Below, in pieces: positions 12,016-24,615 of a stretch of 64,000 bases of DNA. This DNA is from Ranitomeya imitator (lineage: Eukaryota): the NCBI RefSeq assembly GCF_032444005.1, contig NC_091291.1, positions 13,578,001 to 13,642,000 on the forward strand, written 5' to 3'. Below the pieces are notes generated by a model, which was given only the letters and a program-made list of their open reading frames with translations, was not told the DNA's origin and searched no databases. Position numbers and translations under genes: made by a program. Within the stretch, counting starts at the first letter, position 1. Each line of letters begins with the position of its first letter.

Positions 12016-12640
12016 AGGGAACCTGTCACCCCCAAAATCGAAGGTGAGCTGAGCCCACCGGCATCAGGGGCTTATCTACAGCATTCTAGAATGCTGTAGA
12101 TAAGCCCCCGATGTATCCTGCAAGATGAGAAAAAGAGGCTAGCTTATACTCACCCAGTGGCGGTCCCGCTGCGGTCCGATCCGATGGGTGTCGCGGTACG
12201 GGGCCTCCCATCTTCTTACGAGGACGTCCTCTTCTTGTCTTCACGCTGCCGCTCCGGTGCAGGCGTACTTTATCTGCCCTGTTGAGGGCAGAGCAAAGTA
12301 CTGCAGTGCGCAGGCGCCGGGAAAGATCAGAGAGGCCCAGCGCCTGCGCACTGCAGTAGTTTGCTCTGCCCTCGACAGGGCAGATAAAGTACGCCTGCAC
12401 CGCAGCGTGAAGACAACAAGAGGACGTCATCGTAAGAAGATGGGAGGCCCTGGACCGGACTGCAACGCCCATGGGAACGGACCGCCCCTGGGTGAGTATA
12501 ATCTAACCTCTTTTTCTCATCTTTCAGGATACATCAGGGCTTATCTACAGCATTACAGAATGCATTCCAGAATGCTGTAGATAAGCCCCTGATGCCGGTG
12601 GGCTTAACTCACCTTCGATTTTGGGGGTGACAGGTTCCCT
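12016..12640. mobile_element. T2/Kolobok-type palindromic MITE
   Basis: TTAA TSD on both sides; TIR AGGGAACCTGTCACCCCCAAAATCGAAGGTGAG with an exact reverse complement at the right end; internal arms inverted. Confidence 0.93.
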
Positions 12641-12723
12641 TTAAGTAATGAAATTAGAAAATCTATAGAAAATGAGTGGCTAATAATGTGAAAGTGATTT
12701 TATTAGGATTACAAAGAACTCAC

Positions 12724-12755
12724 CATCTCTGAATGTCCACATTTTCAACATTTAA
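12724..12755 (-). CDS. CEACAM-like gene, second cytoplasmic exon (32 bp, LNVENVDIQR + TG)
   Basis: Acceptor ttttttttgctttgttttag, donor gtgagt; only phase 0 is open, matching the phase left by the previous exon. Confidence 0.72.
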
Positions 12756-12912
12756 CTAAAACAAAGCAAAAAAAAACAAAACAATGCATATATTATTCCT
12801 TCATGGTCTTTAAAGTATCTTGCAGGTTCAATCCATTGCTCTTTTATCATTTGATCAACGTATATATAGGTTTTCGCATAACACTATTTCTTCCTCCTTG
12901 TTTACTACTCAC

Positions 12913-12971
12913 CGCTGTGGAGTACCCGTGCTCATGTGATACAGCTGAGCCTTGCCTTTTATACAACGATC
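12913..12971 (-). CDS. CEACAM-like gene, first cytoplasmic exon (59 bp, (G)SLYKRQGSAVSHEHGYSTA)
   Basis: Acceptor gttttcttctcgctttag, donor gtgagt; phase 1 to 0, in frame with the TM exon. Confidence 0.75.
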
Positions 12972-13060
12972 CTAAAGCGAGAAGAAAACATTCTTAAACA
13001 TCCAATTTTCAATACGATCTGACTTTCTGTATACATTTGTACTTTTTCCCACAGTATTAA

Positions 13061-13405
13061 AGGGGATCTGTGGTAGATCTGAATCCTCTGTCACTCCAGC
13101 TCTATTTCGCAAACAGCATCTCCTTCTCCTATTTGAAAGACAGCCTCTGTGCTGAGTGATTTCAGGGAAAGGAGCTGTCTGTTGGGCATTAAAAGGTGGC
13201 CTTAGGAGGGGAATAGAGCTGGAGTGACAGAGGATTCAGAACTGCCATAGCTCTTCAGCCTCATCATCATATCAATTCAAAAGCTAATTTTTCAGTAGCG
13301 GAGAAATGGACTGACCATTAAAGGTATTGCTGTGGGCTTGTCTTTGAAAGAGCTACAAGTGCATATAAATAGTTAAGGGTATGAAATCCTGCTGACAGAT
13401 TCCCT
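13061..13405. mobile_element. T2/Kolobok-type MITE
   Basis: TTAA flanks; termini AGGGGATCTG...CAGATTCCCT. Confidence 0.75.
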
Positions 13406-14872
13406 TTAAGTTATTCAATGACCACTGCAACCCATCAACTACAATATAACAAGAGACGCTACACTTCAACCCTCCAGGGGCCTTTCACACAGCACTTTTA
13501 GAGTTTGGCAGTTTTTAGTTTTAGATCACATATATGCTATAATAAAGGGTTGATCCAAAAATAAAATTTATTTTTATCCAAAATACTTCTATTTTTAATG
13601 GCATAGTCTAATCTCTTTTCTAATATACTTTAATTAAAAACTCACTACCATTCCGTCACTATACTATCTTAATTATTCATTATTTTCCTTATACTTCCTC
13701 TTTGATGATGCTTTGTTTGAGAATCATAATGCATGCTGGGATACTAAAATGAAGTTTCATCAGAAGGCAGATGAAGTGGTCACTGCTGCAGCTTCTGCCC
13801 CCTTCCTGAAACAAAGCTTCAACAGTGACATCCATTTTAAGTGCTGGGCTACTCTTTGATCTTCTGAGTATGCGTCAATTGTCAATTACGACGTGTGCTC
13901 AGTAAATTCTTGTCGCTGTGCAATGCGCACAGTGACAGTGCGCTCTCTCGCCAGTTGTGATCAGAAGTAATGAGCGCACTGTCAGTGTTGTAAGAAGAAT
14001 ACCCGGTGTGCACAGAAATTCAAAACACCACTCTTTCGCCCCATTGAAAATAAAACTATTTAAAAAATCACATATTTGGTATTGCTGTTTTTAGAAACAT
14101 CTAATCTATCAAAATATAAAGTAAATTACCAGCAATCAAATTGGTAAAAGGCATAACGAGAAGAAAAATCCAAACCCCAAAATTATGTTTTTTTGCCCGC
14201 CTATAACATTGCAATAAAATTCAATAACGGGCGATCATAACATCATATCTACCCCAGATGATATCAGTAAAAACATCCTCTAAGGGCGCAAAAAAAAATC
14301 CATCGCCCATCCCCAGATACCAAAAAATGAAAACACTCTGGATTTCGAATAATGACAACAAAAGCAAAAACATTTTTTCAGAAAAATTTCTGATTTTTTT
14401 TTTTACTACTTAAATTAAGAAAAAAACGATACCTGTTTGGTATCTGCTCTACTAGTACTGACCTGGGAAATCATTTTCCGATGTCAGATTGCTATGAAGT
14501 GAATATTATTAATAGAAAAAGCAAAAAACATTTACAAAATTGCACTTTTTTTTTTCAATTTCACACCATTTGAATTTTTCCCCCCATTTTCCAGTGCATC
14601 ACGTGATAAAATGATCGTTGTCATTCATAAGTTCAACTAATCCAGCGAAAAAACAAACCTTCATGTAGGTATATTGAAGGAAAGATAAAAATGTCATGGC
14701 TCCTGGAAGAAGGGGAAGGAAAAAACACAATGAAAAAAAAAAAAGAAAATGGCTGGGGTGTGAAGCGGTTATGAAAATAGCTAAAAGTAATGCAACTTTT
14801 CAGGAGCGAAAGCAACAATCTAATTGGATTACTATAGGTTGAAGATGGCATAAACCATACTGGGCCGATTAC

Positions 14873-15022
14873 CTTCCATCTCTTTCCTCTCTCTCTCCGG
14901 TAGGATACACCTTTGGTGCAGCAGAAAAATGATTCCAAGTATCAGGACAATAACCACGACTGATCCAAAAAAGATTCCCACTATAATGGCACCAAAGTGA
15001 TCATGGGAACAATTCATGGTTT
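14873..15022 (-). CDS. CEACAM-like gene, transmembrane exon (E)TMNCSHDHFGAIIVGIFFGSVVVIVLILGIIFLLHQRCILPERERKEME(G)
   Basis: Acceptor ttctcttttcaatcccag, donor GAAG|gtaatc; 150 bp, phase 1-1; 25-residue hydrophobic stretch followed by charged juxtamembrane residues. Confidence 0.85.
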
Positions 15023-15213
15023 CTGGGATTGAAAAGAGAAAAAACAGGAACAAAGTTACAAGTAAAAGCAAAATGTGAAGGGATTCTGTCAGCTCGGAGG
15101 TTTCCCTTATGTACATTTTCACGTAGAGATAGCTGTCAATCAATGAACAAAGTATTCCACCGGGCAGGAGCACCCAGAAAGAGTATGGATTATAATACCT
15201 AAACTACAAGTTA

Positions 15214-16006
15214 GGCTCAGTCAGACGGCCGTACAAATCGGACCACGATCGGGCCGCAATGCTCGGACTGACCATGGCTCTCCCTACCAAAGCATGACAG
15301 CTAGGACTGGCCACAGCTCTCCTGACTCAAGTATGACAGCTAGGACTGGCCACGGCTCTCTCGACCCAAGCATGACAGCTTGGACTGGCCACTGCTCTCT
15401 CAACTCAAGTATGACAGCTAGGACTAGCCACAGCTCTTTCGACCCAAGCATGACAGCTTGGACTGGCCATAGCCCCCCAACCCAAGCAAGATAGCTAGGA
15501 CTGGCCACAGCTCTCCTGACAAAAGTATGACAGCTCTAACTGGCCATGGCTCTCCTGACTCAAGTATGACAGCTTGAACTGGCCACGGCTCTCTCAACCC
15601 AAGCATGACAGCTTGAACTGGCCATGGCTCCCCCAACCCACGCATGATAGCTAGGACTGGCCACTGCTCTCCTAACCCAAACATGACAGCTAGGACTAGC
15701 CACGGCTCTCCCGACCCAAGCATGACAGCTCAGACTGGCCACCACAGCTCTCCTAACCCGAGCATGATATCTTGGACTGGCCATGGCTCTCCTGACCGAG
15801 CATGACAGATGAGACTGGCCATGGCTCTTCCAACCTGAACATGACAGCTTGGACTGGCCACGGCTCTCCCGACCCAAGCATGACAGCTCAGTCTGGCCAC
15901 GGCTCTCCTGAGCCGAGCATGACAGGTCAGGTTGGGTAAACTGCCGGCCAGTCCATGCGTTGCGATTTGATCTCGGTTCAATTTATATGGTCGTCTGACT
16001 GCACCC
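15214..16006. mobile_element. PIF/Harbinger-type MITE carrying a 39-bp minisatellite
   Basis: TTA TSD on both sides; TIRs GGCTCAGTCAGACGGCC and (reverse complement) GGGTGCAGTCAGACGACC. Confidence 0.8.
15276..15922. repeat. 39-bp minisatellite (about 16 units)
   Basis: Unit ctcctgactcaagtatgacagctaggactggccacggct; 13-aa periodicity in ORF 15294-15494. Confidence 0.95.
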
Positions 16007-17144
16007 TTATATTTAGAAATTTCTCCAAAAAAATCTATACATTCATCTGTTCAACGCCTCCCGCTCTATAATATTCTGCTGTCAAATTGCACTGCATTTC
16101 CAACCTGATAGGTTCCCTTTAAGTTAAGTTAGCAATGCAAAAAGAAAAGTAACGTCGTAGGACATTTTTCAGTGTCCCTTTGTCAAATGGACTGGGAAAT
16201 CCTATACATTGGCTGCAATTCAACTGATGAGGCTGAAAAATACTGCATGGAATACATTTTTTTTGCATGGGAGCCTATTTAGTGCCATTTTTGGGGGGCA
16301 TCCTATACTTCTGACCAATACTGCAAAATATAATGTGGAAGCAGTTAAAAGCCTCATACATGTTCCTGCCGAGACATTCTACAAGCGATTTGGTGGCATT
16401 TGAAGGTCCTACTTTTATAGGCTGTAGTCGGTCCGTATGCCCCTGCATGGTGCCTCGACTCACAAAATCAAACATTAAAGAACAAGTAAATTGTAGTTTT
16501 TAAATGATTGATCTGTCTTTGTAAAATTTCAGAAATCTTTAAAATTTACTCCACAATCTTAATTTCTTCTCTTTTCTCTCACAAGCTGTTTAGCTGCCTT
16601 GTTCCTGCTCTTGGAGTTGCTGTTTTGGACTGCAGCTTAAGCAAATATCGGTACTTCTGGGTGAACGTATCTGTTCTTTTCCCCCACAGTTAGATAGTGA
16701 AAGTATTTGTAAGTAATATCTGAGCCCAGGGGTAGTAGAGAAAGTCACGCTGGTGTACGGATATTTGCTAGAAGTGCAGTTCAAAACAGCTACTCCAAAA
16801 TGATGAACCAGGCAGTTCATACAGCACTTTCAGCATGGAGTCTGACGGAGAAGGAAGCAAGATATGGTAATGGAGTATATTACAAAATTAAATTAAAAAA
16901 AAAATTGAGCTACTCTTTACTGTACATAGAATAGGTACAACAAAATGTATATAGAGTATAATTTCATCTATTGGTACTTTTTCATTGTCATGGCCCGTTT
17001 CGCTTAAATTGCGCATCCTCTAGTGTCTCAGGTCTATAGGTTATGTATTCAGACTTCAAGCTGGTCAGGTGATCAGTAAATGTTGGTGTGTCACAAAAAA
17101 GAGATACTGCCATGTAGAAGCTTTTAAAGTGGCGTTTCAACTGT

Positions 17145-18006
17145 ACATTCCTCAACCAAGAATCTGCAAAAACCCTAGTTCATGCCCTCATCATCTCTCG
17201 CCTTGACTACTGCAACCTCCTGCTCTGTGGCCTCCCCTCTAACACTCTCGCACCCCTCCAATCTATTCTAAACTCTGCTGCCCGACTAATCCACCTGTCC
17301 CCCCACTATTCCCCGGCCTCTCCCCTCTGTCAATCCCTTCACTGGCTCCCCATTACCCAGAGACTCCAGTACAAAACCCTAACCATGACGTACAAAGCCA
17401 TCCACAACCTGTCTCCTCCATACATCTGTGACCTCGTCTCCCGATACTTGCCTACACGCAACCTCCGATCCTCACAAGATCTCCTTCTCTACTCCCCTCT
17501 TATCTCCTCTTCCCACAATCGCATACAAGATTTCTCTCGCGTATCACCCCTACTCTGGAACCCTCTACCCCAACATATCAGACTCTCGCCTACCATCGAA
17601 ACCTTCAAAAAGAACCTGAAGACCCACCTCTTCCGACAAGCCTACAAACTGCAGTAACCACCGATCGACCAAACCACTGCACGACCAGCTCTATCCTTAC
17701 CTACTGTATCCTCACCCATCCCTTGTAGATTGTGAGCCTTCGCGGGCAGGGTCCTCTCTCCTCCTGTATCCTCACCCATCCCTTGTAGATTGTGAGCCCT
17801 CGCGGGCAGGGTCCTCACTCCTACTGTATTCTCACCCATCCCTTGTAGATTGTGAGCCTTCGCGGGCAGGGTACTCTCTCCTCCTGTACCAGTTGTGACT
17901 TGTATTGTTCAAGATTATTGTACCTGTTTTTATTATGTATACCCCTCCTCACATGTAAAGCGCCATGGAATAAATGGCGCTATAACAATAAATAATAATA
18001 ATAATA
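17145..18006 (+). mobile_element. L2-clade LINE, 5'-truncated 3' end
   Basis: Peptide LVHALIISRLDYCN...YKAIHNLSPPYI...FKKNLKTHLF; L2-type 3' UTR (ttgtagattgtgagcc...gggcagggtcc); terminal stem gcgccatggaataaatggcgc; (AAT)n tail. Confidence 0.92.
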
Positions 18007-19939
18007 CTTGGCAACGGCTTACAATAATGTTACATTGGGTCCCTATAGGGCTTATTTTAGGGATTGCACAGTCTCCACAGTGCTGGATTTATAGCTGCAC
18101 AGCCCAATATTGTTGATTTATTCCCTCCATGTCGATGCAGCTTATAAAATGCCGATGCAGATCCTAAAATGTCGATGCAGATTCTAAAATGCCGATGCAG
18201 CTGCTAAACTGTGCTACCTAGAGAAAAAAGAGCAGGAATGACTCTGTGGGTGCTGCGTATGAGAGGCATCATAACAACTAATCTCTACCCTCTAGCTCAG
18301 AGGCAACTAAAAATTAAAAAAATAGCCTGCAGAGGGAAAACTGGTGAAAAGTGCAAATCATAAAATGGCTAGAAATAGTGTTATTCCTCATTCTAAAAAT
18401 TTACCTGAAATTACAAATACACTTTAATCGCCTGAATCTCAGCCTCAACCAGGTTCGGCCACATACTGCTTTTCATACACATTGATCCATAAGTAGATTT
18501 TGCAACCTTAATATTGTGTGCATTTAAGTGGCACCACCCCACCGCATCACAGATGCTTGGATCAACTCTCAGAGACTAAATGTTAACTATGCGGTGGAAT
18601 TCTTCTTCAAGTTAATAAGGTCTCCTATTAGGCCTACATTCTTTTATGCTTTATAAAGGCAACACAATGTAATACATACTGTATATAACACGCACCCTAC
18701 TGTCTCTCGTCGGTCTTACCTTGTTGTGTCTGCTGAATAGGGAAGTGTTACTCCATCCACAAGATCAGTTCTGTTAGTTTCACATAGGAATGTGTAATAT
18801 ATGAAGTTAGGTCATATGTTAAAGGCTGGACATGATTTTGGTTTGACCCTTCTCATCATGTACACCTCCGATCCACTGGACACATGATATTGTAGCAGGG
18901 TATTATGGCCCCATACATTACGGCATTTTTGGCAGGACCCTACGGATTTTAAACTGTATGCTATTAAAGCTGCAAGACATTTGGATTTGGATTACCAACG
19001 ATATACATTAAGAAGAGGTGTGCAAACAATGGACGCTCAGTAAAGGGGGTTATACAAATGGCTTGACCATCAGCTATGGACCAGCCATTAACCCAATTGT
19101 TAAAATAGGCTGCTTGTGCTATTTCATGATATTTATTTTTATTAATATAAGATAATGTGTTACAATTCACCTTGGGAGGTTGATTTGTTAAGTCATGGTT
19201 CAAGGTGAGGAGCATGGACCTGAGGCATTGATTCAGTAGAGTTGGCTAGGCCAGGTGGCACAAAAAATAGCTAGTATCAGCAGAGCAGGATATGCTGAAC
19301 GTCATGTGGATCAACAAAGCAGGATATACCAGTTTGGATCAGGATTAATGGAGCTTGGAGATACTGACAGGCACTTTAGAATAGCAGAACTGAGGGTGTG
19401 GGCAGCTCGTTAGAGCAGCAATGCAAAGCATAATTATGCACTTTGGTATAGCAAAGCCGAGTACAGTGCGTGGACAGCACTTTTGAACAGTAGAGTCGTG
19501 TAGACAAACAAGTATCTTGATGCAGCAGAGCCAAAACAATTAGCAGACAGCACCTCGGAAGAACAGAATAGAGTAGACAGAGAAGTACCCTAGTGCAGCA
19601 AAGGTCACTGTACAAGAAGCACCTTAGAACATCATAGCTGAGAAGGCAGATGGGAATTTTGTTGTAGTAGAGCAGACAACACCCCATAGTGCTTGTTGAA
19701 AAGCAGCATTGCCCTCCCAAAAAATATATCCTCACCTACCCCAGTGGTCTTCAATGAGCAGACTAGCTGAGTCTTCTTCTTTTAGGTTCCCGATAGAGGT
19801 AGAGCGTTGCAGTGATGTCAACTGAAAAACTGAAGTCCTAGAAGCGCCCCCTTCATTTTGTAGGTTGAAAGAAACCTTCTGCAAACAAGATGGAGAAGGA
19901 AACCTATGGCTCTCTGCCCCACGACAGGTTTTACATATA

Positions 19940-20130
19940 TTAGTGTCTTATAGACACTGATACAGTGTTGGACTCCCGGACTGGAGACCCCTAATCTAAA
20001 GACTCTGTACACCTGGTTTGCTTCAGAGAGGGAAACATGGTGCAATGTCCTCTCCATGTATTTTGGCATCTCTTCTGGGATGAAACATTATTTCACAGCC
20101 AACTTCCCTGTTCAATGGTTTGGCATCTGT
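19940..20130 (-). mobile_element. Possible decayed piggyBac transposase C-terminal Cys-rich remnant
   Basis: Frame-broken fragments resembling HPQKRC and CPxCPSKPGLCxxCFRL; no catalytic motifs recognised. Confidence 0.3.
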
Positions 20131-21030
20131 TCACAAGACTTACAAGAAGTTACGACAGCATAACTGCCACTTGACGTTGCCCAATGTAGAGTTAGGATCA
20201 GTCTTCATTATCGTAAGATTACAGCGCACAGCAATCAAACATATTCATTGCTCTGAGGAGTCACAGTTTATGAGCCAGGATACAAGTGATACTGCTGGCT
20301 GACAGCTAACACACAGTCCTGGGAACCAAAGAGACAAGGTCATTGGCACTCAGTTGGAAATCTCCTGATTTAGAACTTAATGAAAGTTTTGTTTTAGAAA
20401 CAGCGTTAGAGCCTCTGGCAAGATTCCAGTGATATTGAAGATGCATATAAACCAATACATAGGCGACATAATGGCTGGATCGGCATAATTGCCAAAGTTG
20501 GGGTCCCTTGTCCACCATTTGAATATAGCAATGGTCGCTCGGTGCTGTTGCATCACTCACCGTCTTTGTGACTCAATCAACTATCATTGTTATTCCAAAA
20601 GATCTAACGGTTGTACACTTTATCTATATTTTACCAAATGTGTTGGGGACATATATAAGTGTACAGGTTCTCGTCCTCCTTATTCACACGCTGCACAGTT
20701 CTCCTCTTCCCAAAATGGCTACTGATGTACGAACATGTGACTAGTGTCTTGGCACCTAAGGTGTCACTGGCACTGCCTAGGGGGGCGCTATGAGGGGGCA
20801 CATGTATTAACGTAGGGAGTGCAGAAGGAAAGCACGCCAAGCTCAAGGACCTTAAACTAATGCAGTGAACAGGACCTGGCACAGAGCAGTCACGTGACCA
20901 GGGCACGGAGACACCGCAGGAGAGTGCAGGGAAGGACAGTAAACTCACAGAGTGCAGGACAAAGACATAAAATGTAGTCAAAGAGAGCCAAGAGTCAAAG
21001 CCAGGAGTGAGTGAAGTACGTAAGGACTTT

Positions 21031-21347
21031 CTAGGTTCACATTGCGTTAGGGCAATCCGTTTAGCGCATACGCTAATGGACTGCGCTAACGCAATGTCCC
21101 AAAAGGGATCGCGTTTGGCGATCCCGCTAGCACAGATGCCCGATCTGCGCTAGCGAGGAATGGACCTCGAATGCTGCAAGCAGCGTTCGAGGTCCGTCAG
21201 AAACTAACGGGACATCGCTAACGCATGCCAAAAATGCGTTAGTTACATTGCTGTCAATGGCAGCGCTAACGGACCCGTTACATTGCGTTAGTGGCGCTGT
21301 GTAACGGATCCCGTTAGGGTACTGCCACTAACGGAATGTGAACCTAG
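21031..21347. mobile_element. Harbinger-type palindromic MITE inside an LTR-like purine-rich stretch (about 20735-21545)
   Basis: TIR CTAGGTTCACATT...AATGTGAACCTAG; internal inverted repeats. Confidence 0.75.
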
Positions 21348-22418
21348 CCCAAGACAAAAAGTAAACAGGGACAAGCCAGTGGGTCCAATTATCAAGAGAG
21401 ACAGAACAGTACAAAACAGAATGCAAAGGCAGAAGTCAGGGCACAAAGCCAAGTCATACACAGCAAGGCACACGACCACAGAGGAACAACGTTTGCGGAC
21501 TAATAAACCTGGGTTAGCAACCACTAGCTGAGTAAACGGATGTATGGACGTATTTTACAGTTAGAGGCACATATTTAAAACATTTTAGGCAAAAAGCTAA
21601 AAACAGAACGTTGAGAATTTACTTTAATTCTGCATTTAGCTTTACAGATATATTCACATTACGGAAGCATAATTTATAGGACTAAATAAAACATAAAGAC
21701 GAGTGTAGCAAAGTGTTTACAAACTGATTTCACATTTTACATAGATCTTTATTAGGGAATGTTCCAAATTGTTGACCGGTTCCTTTTAAGGAAATAATAA
21801 GGAAATCCTCTTTTTCGTATTTCCTAAAACTTAGCGACAACACAAGTCGTTGCAGATCTGTTGAGTAAGAGGAAGGCGAAAGAAATCATTTGAGGCAATT
21901 ATCGGCATGTGTTCGGTCAACATCATGTTGCGTTTTTCTGCTTTCAGCATAAGGCTACGTGCACATCACGTCTTTTTCAGATAGATTTTGCAATGGAAAT
22001 CACCTAAAAAAACCTATTAGAAAATTCTCAAAATAATGAATATATGCATTTCGACTTGTTGTGCATTTGTTCAGACTTTTGTAAGCCAACGTCAAGATGA
22101 TAAAATAAGTGTCCGGTCAATTCTTCTGGTCTTTTCCACTTAGAAGACGCTCTGTATTTTACAATACAAGTCAATTGAAAAGATTTTGGAGCGTTTCGCC
22201 ATTGTTTTGCCAAAAAAAAATCCATTAGGGGTTTCTTCTTTATTCAATAGAGTGAAAGAAAAGTATAAAAAAAGGTCACAAAAAAATCATAAGAAACTAT
22301 CCAAATTACCACCGCTTGCCAAGACCATAGAAGAAAAAATGCTCAAGAAATGGCTGAAAATTTTCGCAAAAGATTCTTCAGAGTTTTCCTAAAGTGTCTT
22401 CTACTTGAATGTCATATG

Positions 22419-22701
22419 TAGAGATGAGCGAACCCAAACGTAAGAATTCAGGGTTCGTAACAGACAGTTAGTGTCCGGTGCTAAATGCCGAACTTCTCCA
22501 GGAAGTCTGCTGCAATGTTTGAAGTTCCGGGGAAAGCGAGAGAGAACATTTTCTGACTCAAAAGTTCAGCTCCTCATTGTTTTCAATAAGGTTTGGGTTC
22601 TGATTGACGTTCAGGTAAAGTTCTGGTACCAGAAAGGAACTTTGGAATAAAGTTTAGGTAGAGAACCAGAACCCAACCTTCCGCGAGTCCTTTCATCCTT
22701 A
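22419..22701. mobile_element. Degenerate hAT-type MITE
   Basis: Left end TAGAGATGAGCGAA, decayed right end TTTCATCCTTA; 8-bp flanks GTCATATG and GTTATTTG match 6/8. Confidence 0.6.
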
Positions 22702-23595
22702 GTTATTTGACAGTATTTGCAGAGTTTTTGGTATAAGTGCACACTGAGTTTCACAAGGAGTTTTTGGAGCAGAATCTGGCAATCTATTTTTTTCAGGTGG
22801 TTTCCGAAACATTGGAGCAGTTAAAGGAAGTATCATGTTCATCCTATTGGCGGATCTCTTACTAGAACATATGGACGCTTGAGAAATTGATGACAAAACC
22901 ACTGGTGGAGCCACTTCTGGAAAAGAGCGAAAAACTCCCCGTAGAATGAAAGATGCAGGGTGCACATAGCCACTGAGCGGAAACTCCAAGTTTTTGAGAC
23001 TTTTTTAGATATGGAGAAGAATTTGGACAGGTTCCGTTACCAAAACTCATTGGAAAAACCGGGTTTGCACATAGCCAATAACCGTCAGCTGCTGCACCAC
23101 CAAACATTTTCAACGTTGTCTTGCATTGAATGAAAAAGAAATGTATGCAAAAATGTAAAAAATAAAAAAAATTGCATTAACAACGGTCTCATAAAGACAA
23201 CTAATAGTAGCGAGATTATGAACGGTAATCTCATCACTTGATTTTATCGGATGATTATATTGTACACATTCTCCGATTTATACTGAAGATCCTAAAATAA
23301 AAAAACAAACAATACATTAATATAATATATAGGAAAGAATTATGCGCATAGTAATGTCTTCCCTGATCAGATATTCCGGATTATCAGTCACATTAATTTT
23401 TTTTTTTTTTTTTAAAAAGCGATTTTGCTTACTGTAGAGGACGAGCTTTAACCCTTTAACCGCCAGCAGGAAGGTTTGATTAATAGGCAAGTTAATGACT
23501 ATTTATTTTTAATTTTTTTTATTCTCACACTCAAACGGTCTTAACATTTTTTTATATACAGCATATATTTTTTTAGTTTTATTGCAAAATGTGTA

Positions 23596-23604
23596 ATATA
23601 TATA

Positions 23605-23678
<74 letters not shown>
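23596..23678. repeat. (TA)n microsatellite
   Basis: Seen directly. Confidence 0.98.
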
Positions 23679-23682
<4 letters not shown>

Positions 23683-24128
23683 TACGTCGGTTTAAATGTG
23701 AGGATAAAAATAAATAAAACTGGAAAATTTAGGCAAATATAATTTGTTGATTTTTTTTTTTTTAATACAATGATTGCTACGGAACGTGGCATTTAAAGGG
23801 TTAAGCTGCCAGCATTGGCCATAACTCCGGGGCCAGCACTTGTGGCTCAAGCCTGGCTCAGTGTTTAAGATAGCTTAATACACTTAATACAAGAAAATAA
23901 TCAGCACGGAATGTAAACCTAACTAGAACCTGATATTAACAAGTGGATAATCAATGTACGGAAGACGCTTCCACTAAAAAATCCTTGTGTCCCAGACCTT
24001 GGAGAAGACATAATGCACACATTCTCCATGATATACAGCAGTGTCCGCTTTGTCCAGAGTTCGCCCTTTAAAATAATAGAAACGTCATGTACATTTCTGG
24101 CCGTTTAGTGATGTCTGAGAATCCTCAC

Positions 24129-24152
24129 CGCGTAGAAGGAGTCATTCATCTT
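24129..24152 (-). other. Candidate 24-bp cassette exon of the CEACAM-like gene containing an in-frame TGA
   Basis: Strong acceptor cttcttttcttctcttctttatgtgcag and donor gtgagg; symmetric phase 1-1; reads (E)DE* after the last Ig exon. Confidence 0.4.
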
Positions 24153-24244
24153 CTGCACATAAAGAAGAGAAGAAAAGAAGAATCAGTCACAAACTTCATT
24201 AATGTAGCAAGAAGAAAACATGTCCTTTCATGTTCTATTTCATT

Positions 24245-24615
24245 CTTTCTCTCTCTATTATTTTCTTTCTCGCTTTTTTCTTGTATTTTTTCTACTTTTT
24301 CTTTCTTTCTTTTTTCTCTCTTTATTTCATTCCTTCTTTCTCTTTCCTGCCATATTTTATAATTTCTAACTTTCTTATTTAATTCTTTTTTCATTCCTAT
24401 ATTGATTTCTTTCTCTCTCTTTCCTTCTGTCTTTTCCTCTTTCTCACTTTCCTTCTTCCCTTTTTAATTTATTCTTCTTTCTTTCTTTCTCTCTATTTCT
24501 TTTTCTTTCTTTCTCTCTTTCTTTTTTATACTTTCTACCTTTTTCTTCATTCTTTTATTTTTTTCTTCTTATACTGCTTTCTCTCTCTCTCTTTCCTTCT
24601 GTAGTTTTCTTCCTT
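24245..24615. repeat. CT-rich low-complexity tract
   Basis: Seen directly; abuts an N run. Confidence 0.9.

Noticed and set aside
18720-18770. Minus-strand segment with a strong gtaaga donor between the Ig and TM exons
   Set aside because: Open only in phase 2-2, incompatible with the phase-1 flanking exons; weak acceptor.
19360-19690. Repeat-spacer appearance suggesting a CRISPR-like array
   Set aside because: Repeats are too divergent, no cas genes, eukaryotic context; kept only as a decayed minisatellite.
22702-23115. Coding-like sequence with short ORFs
   Set aside because: No recognisable motif in any frame; probably an old TE remnant; a profile search would be needed.
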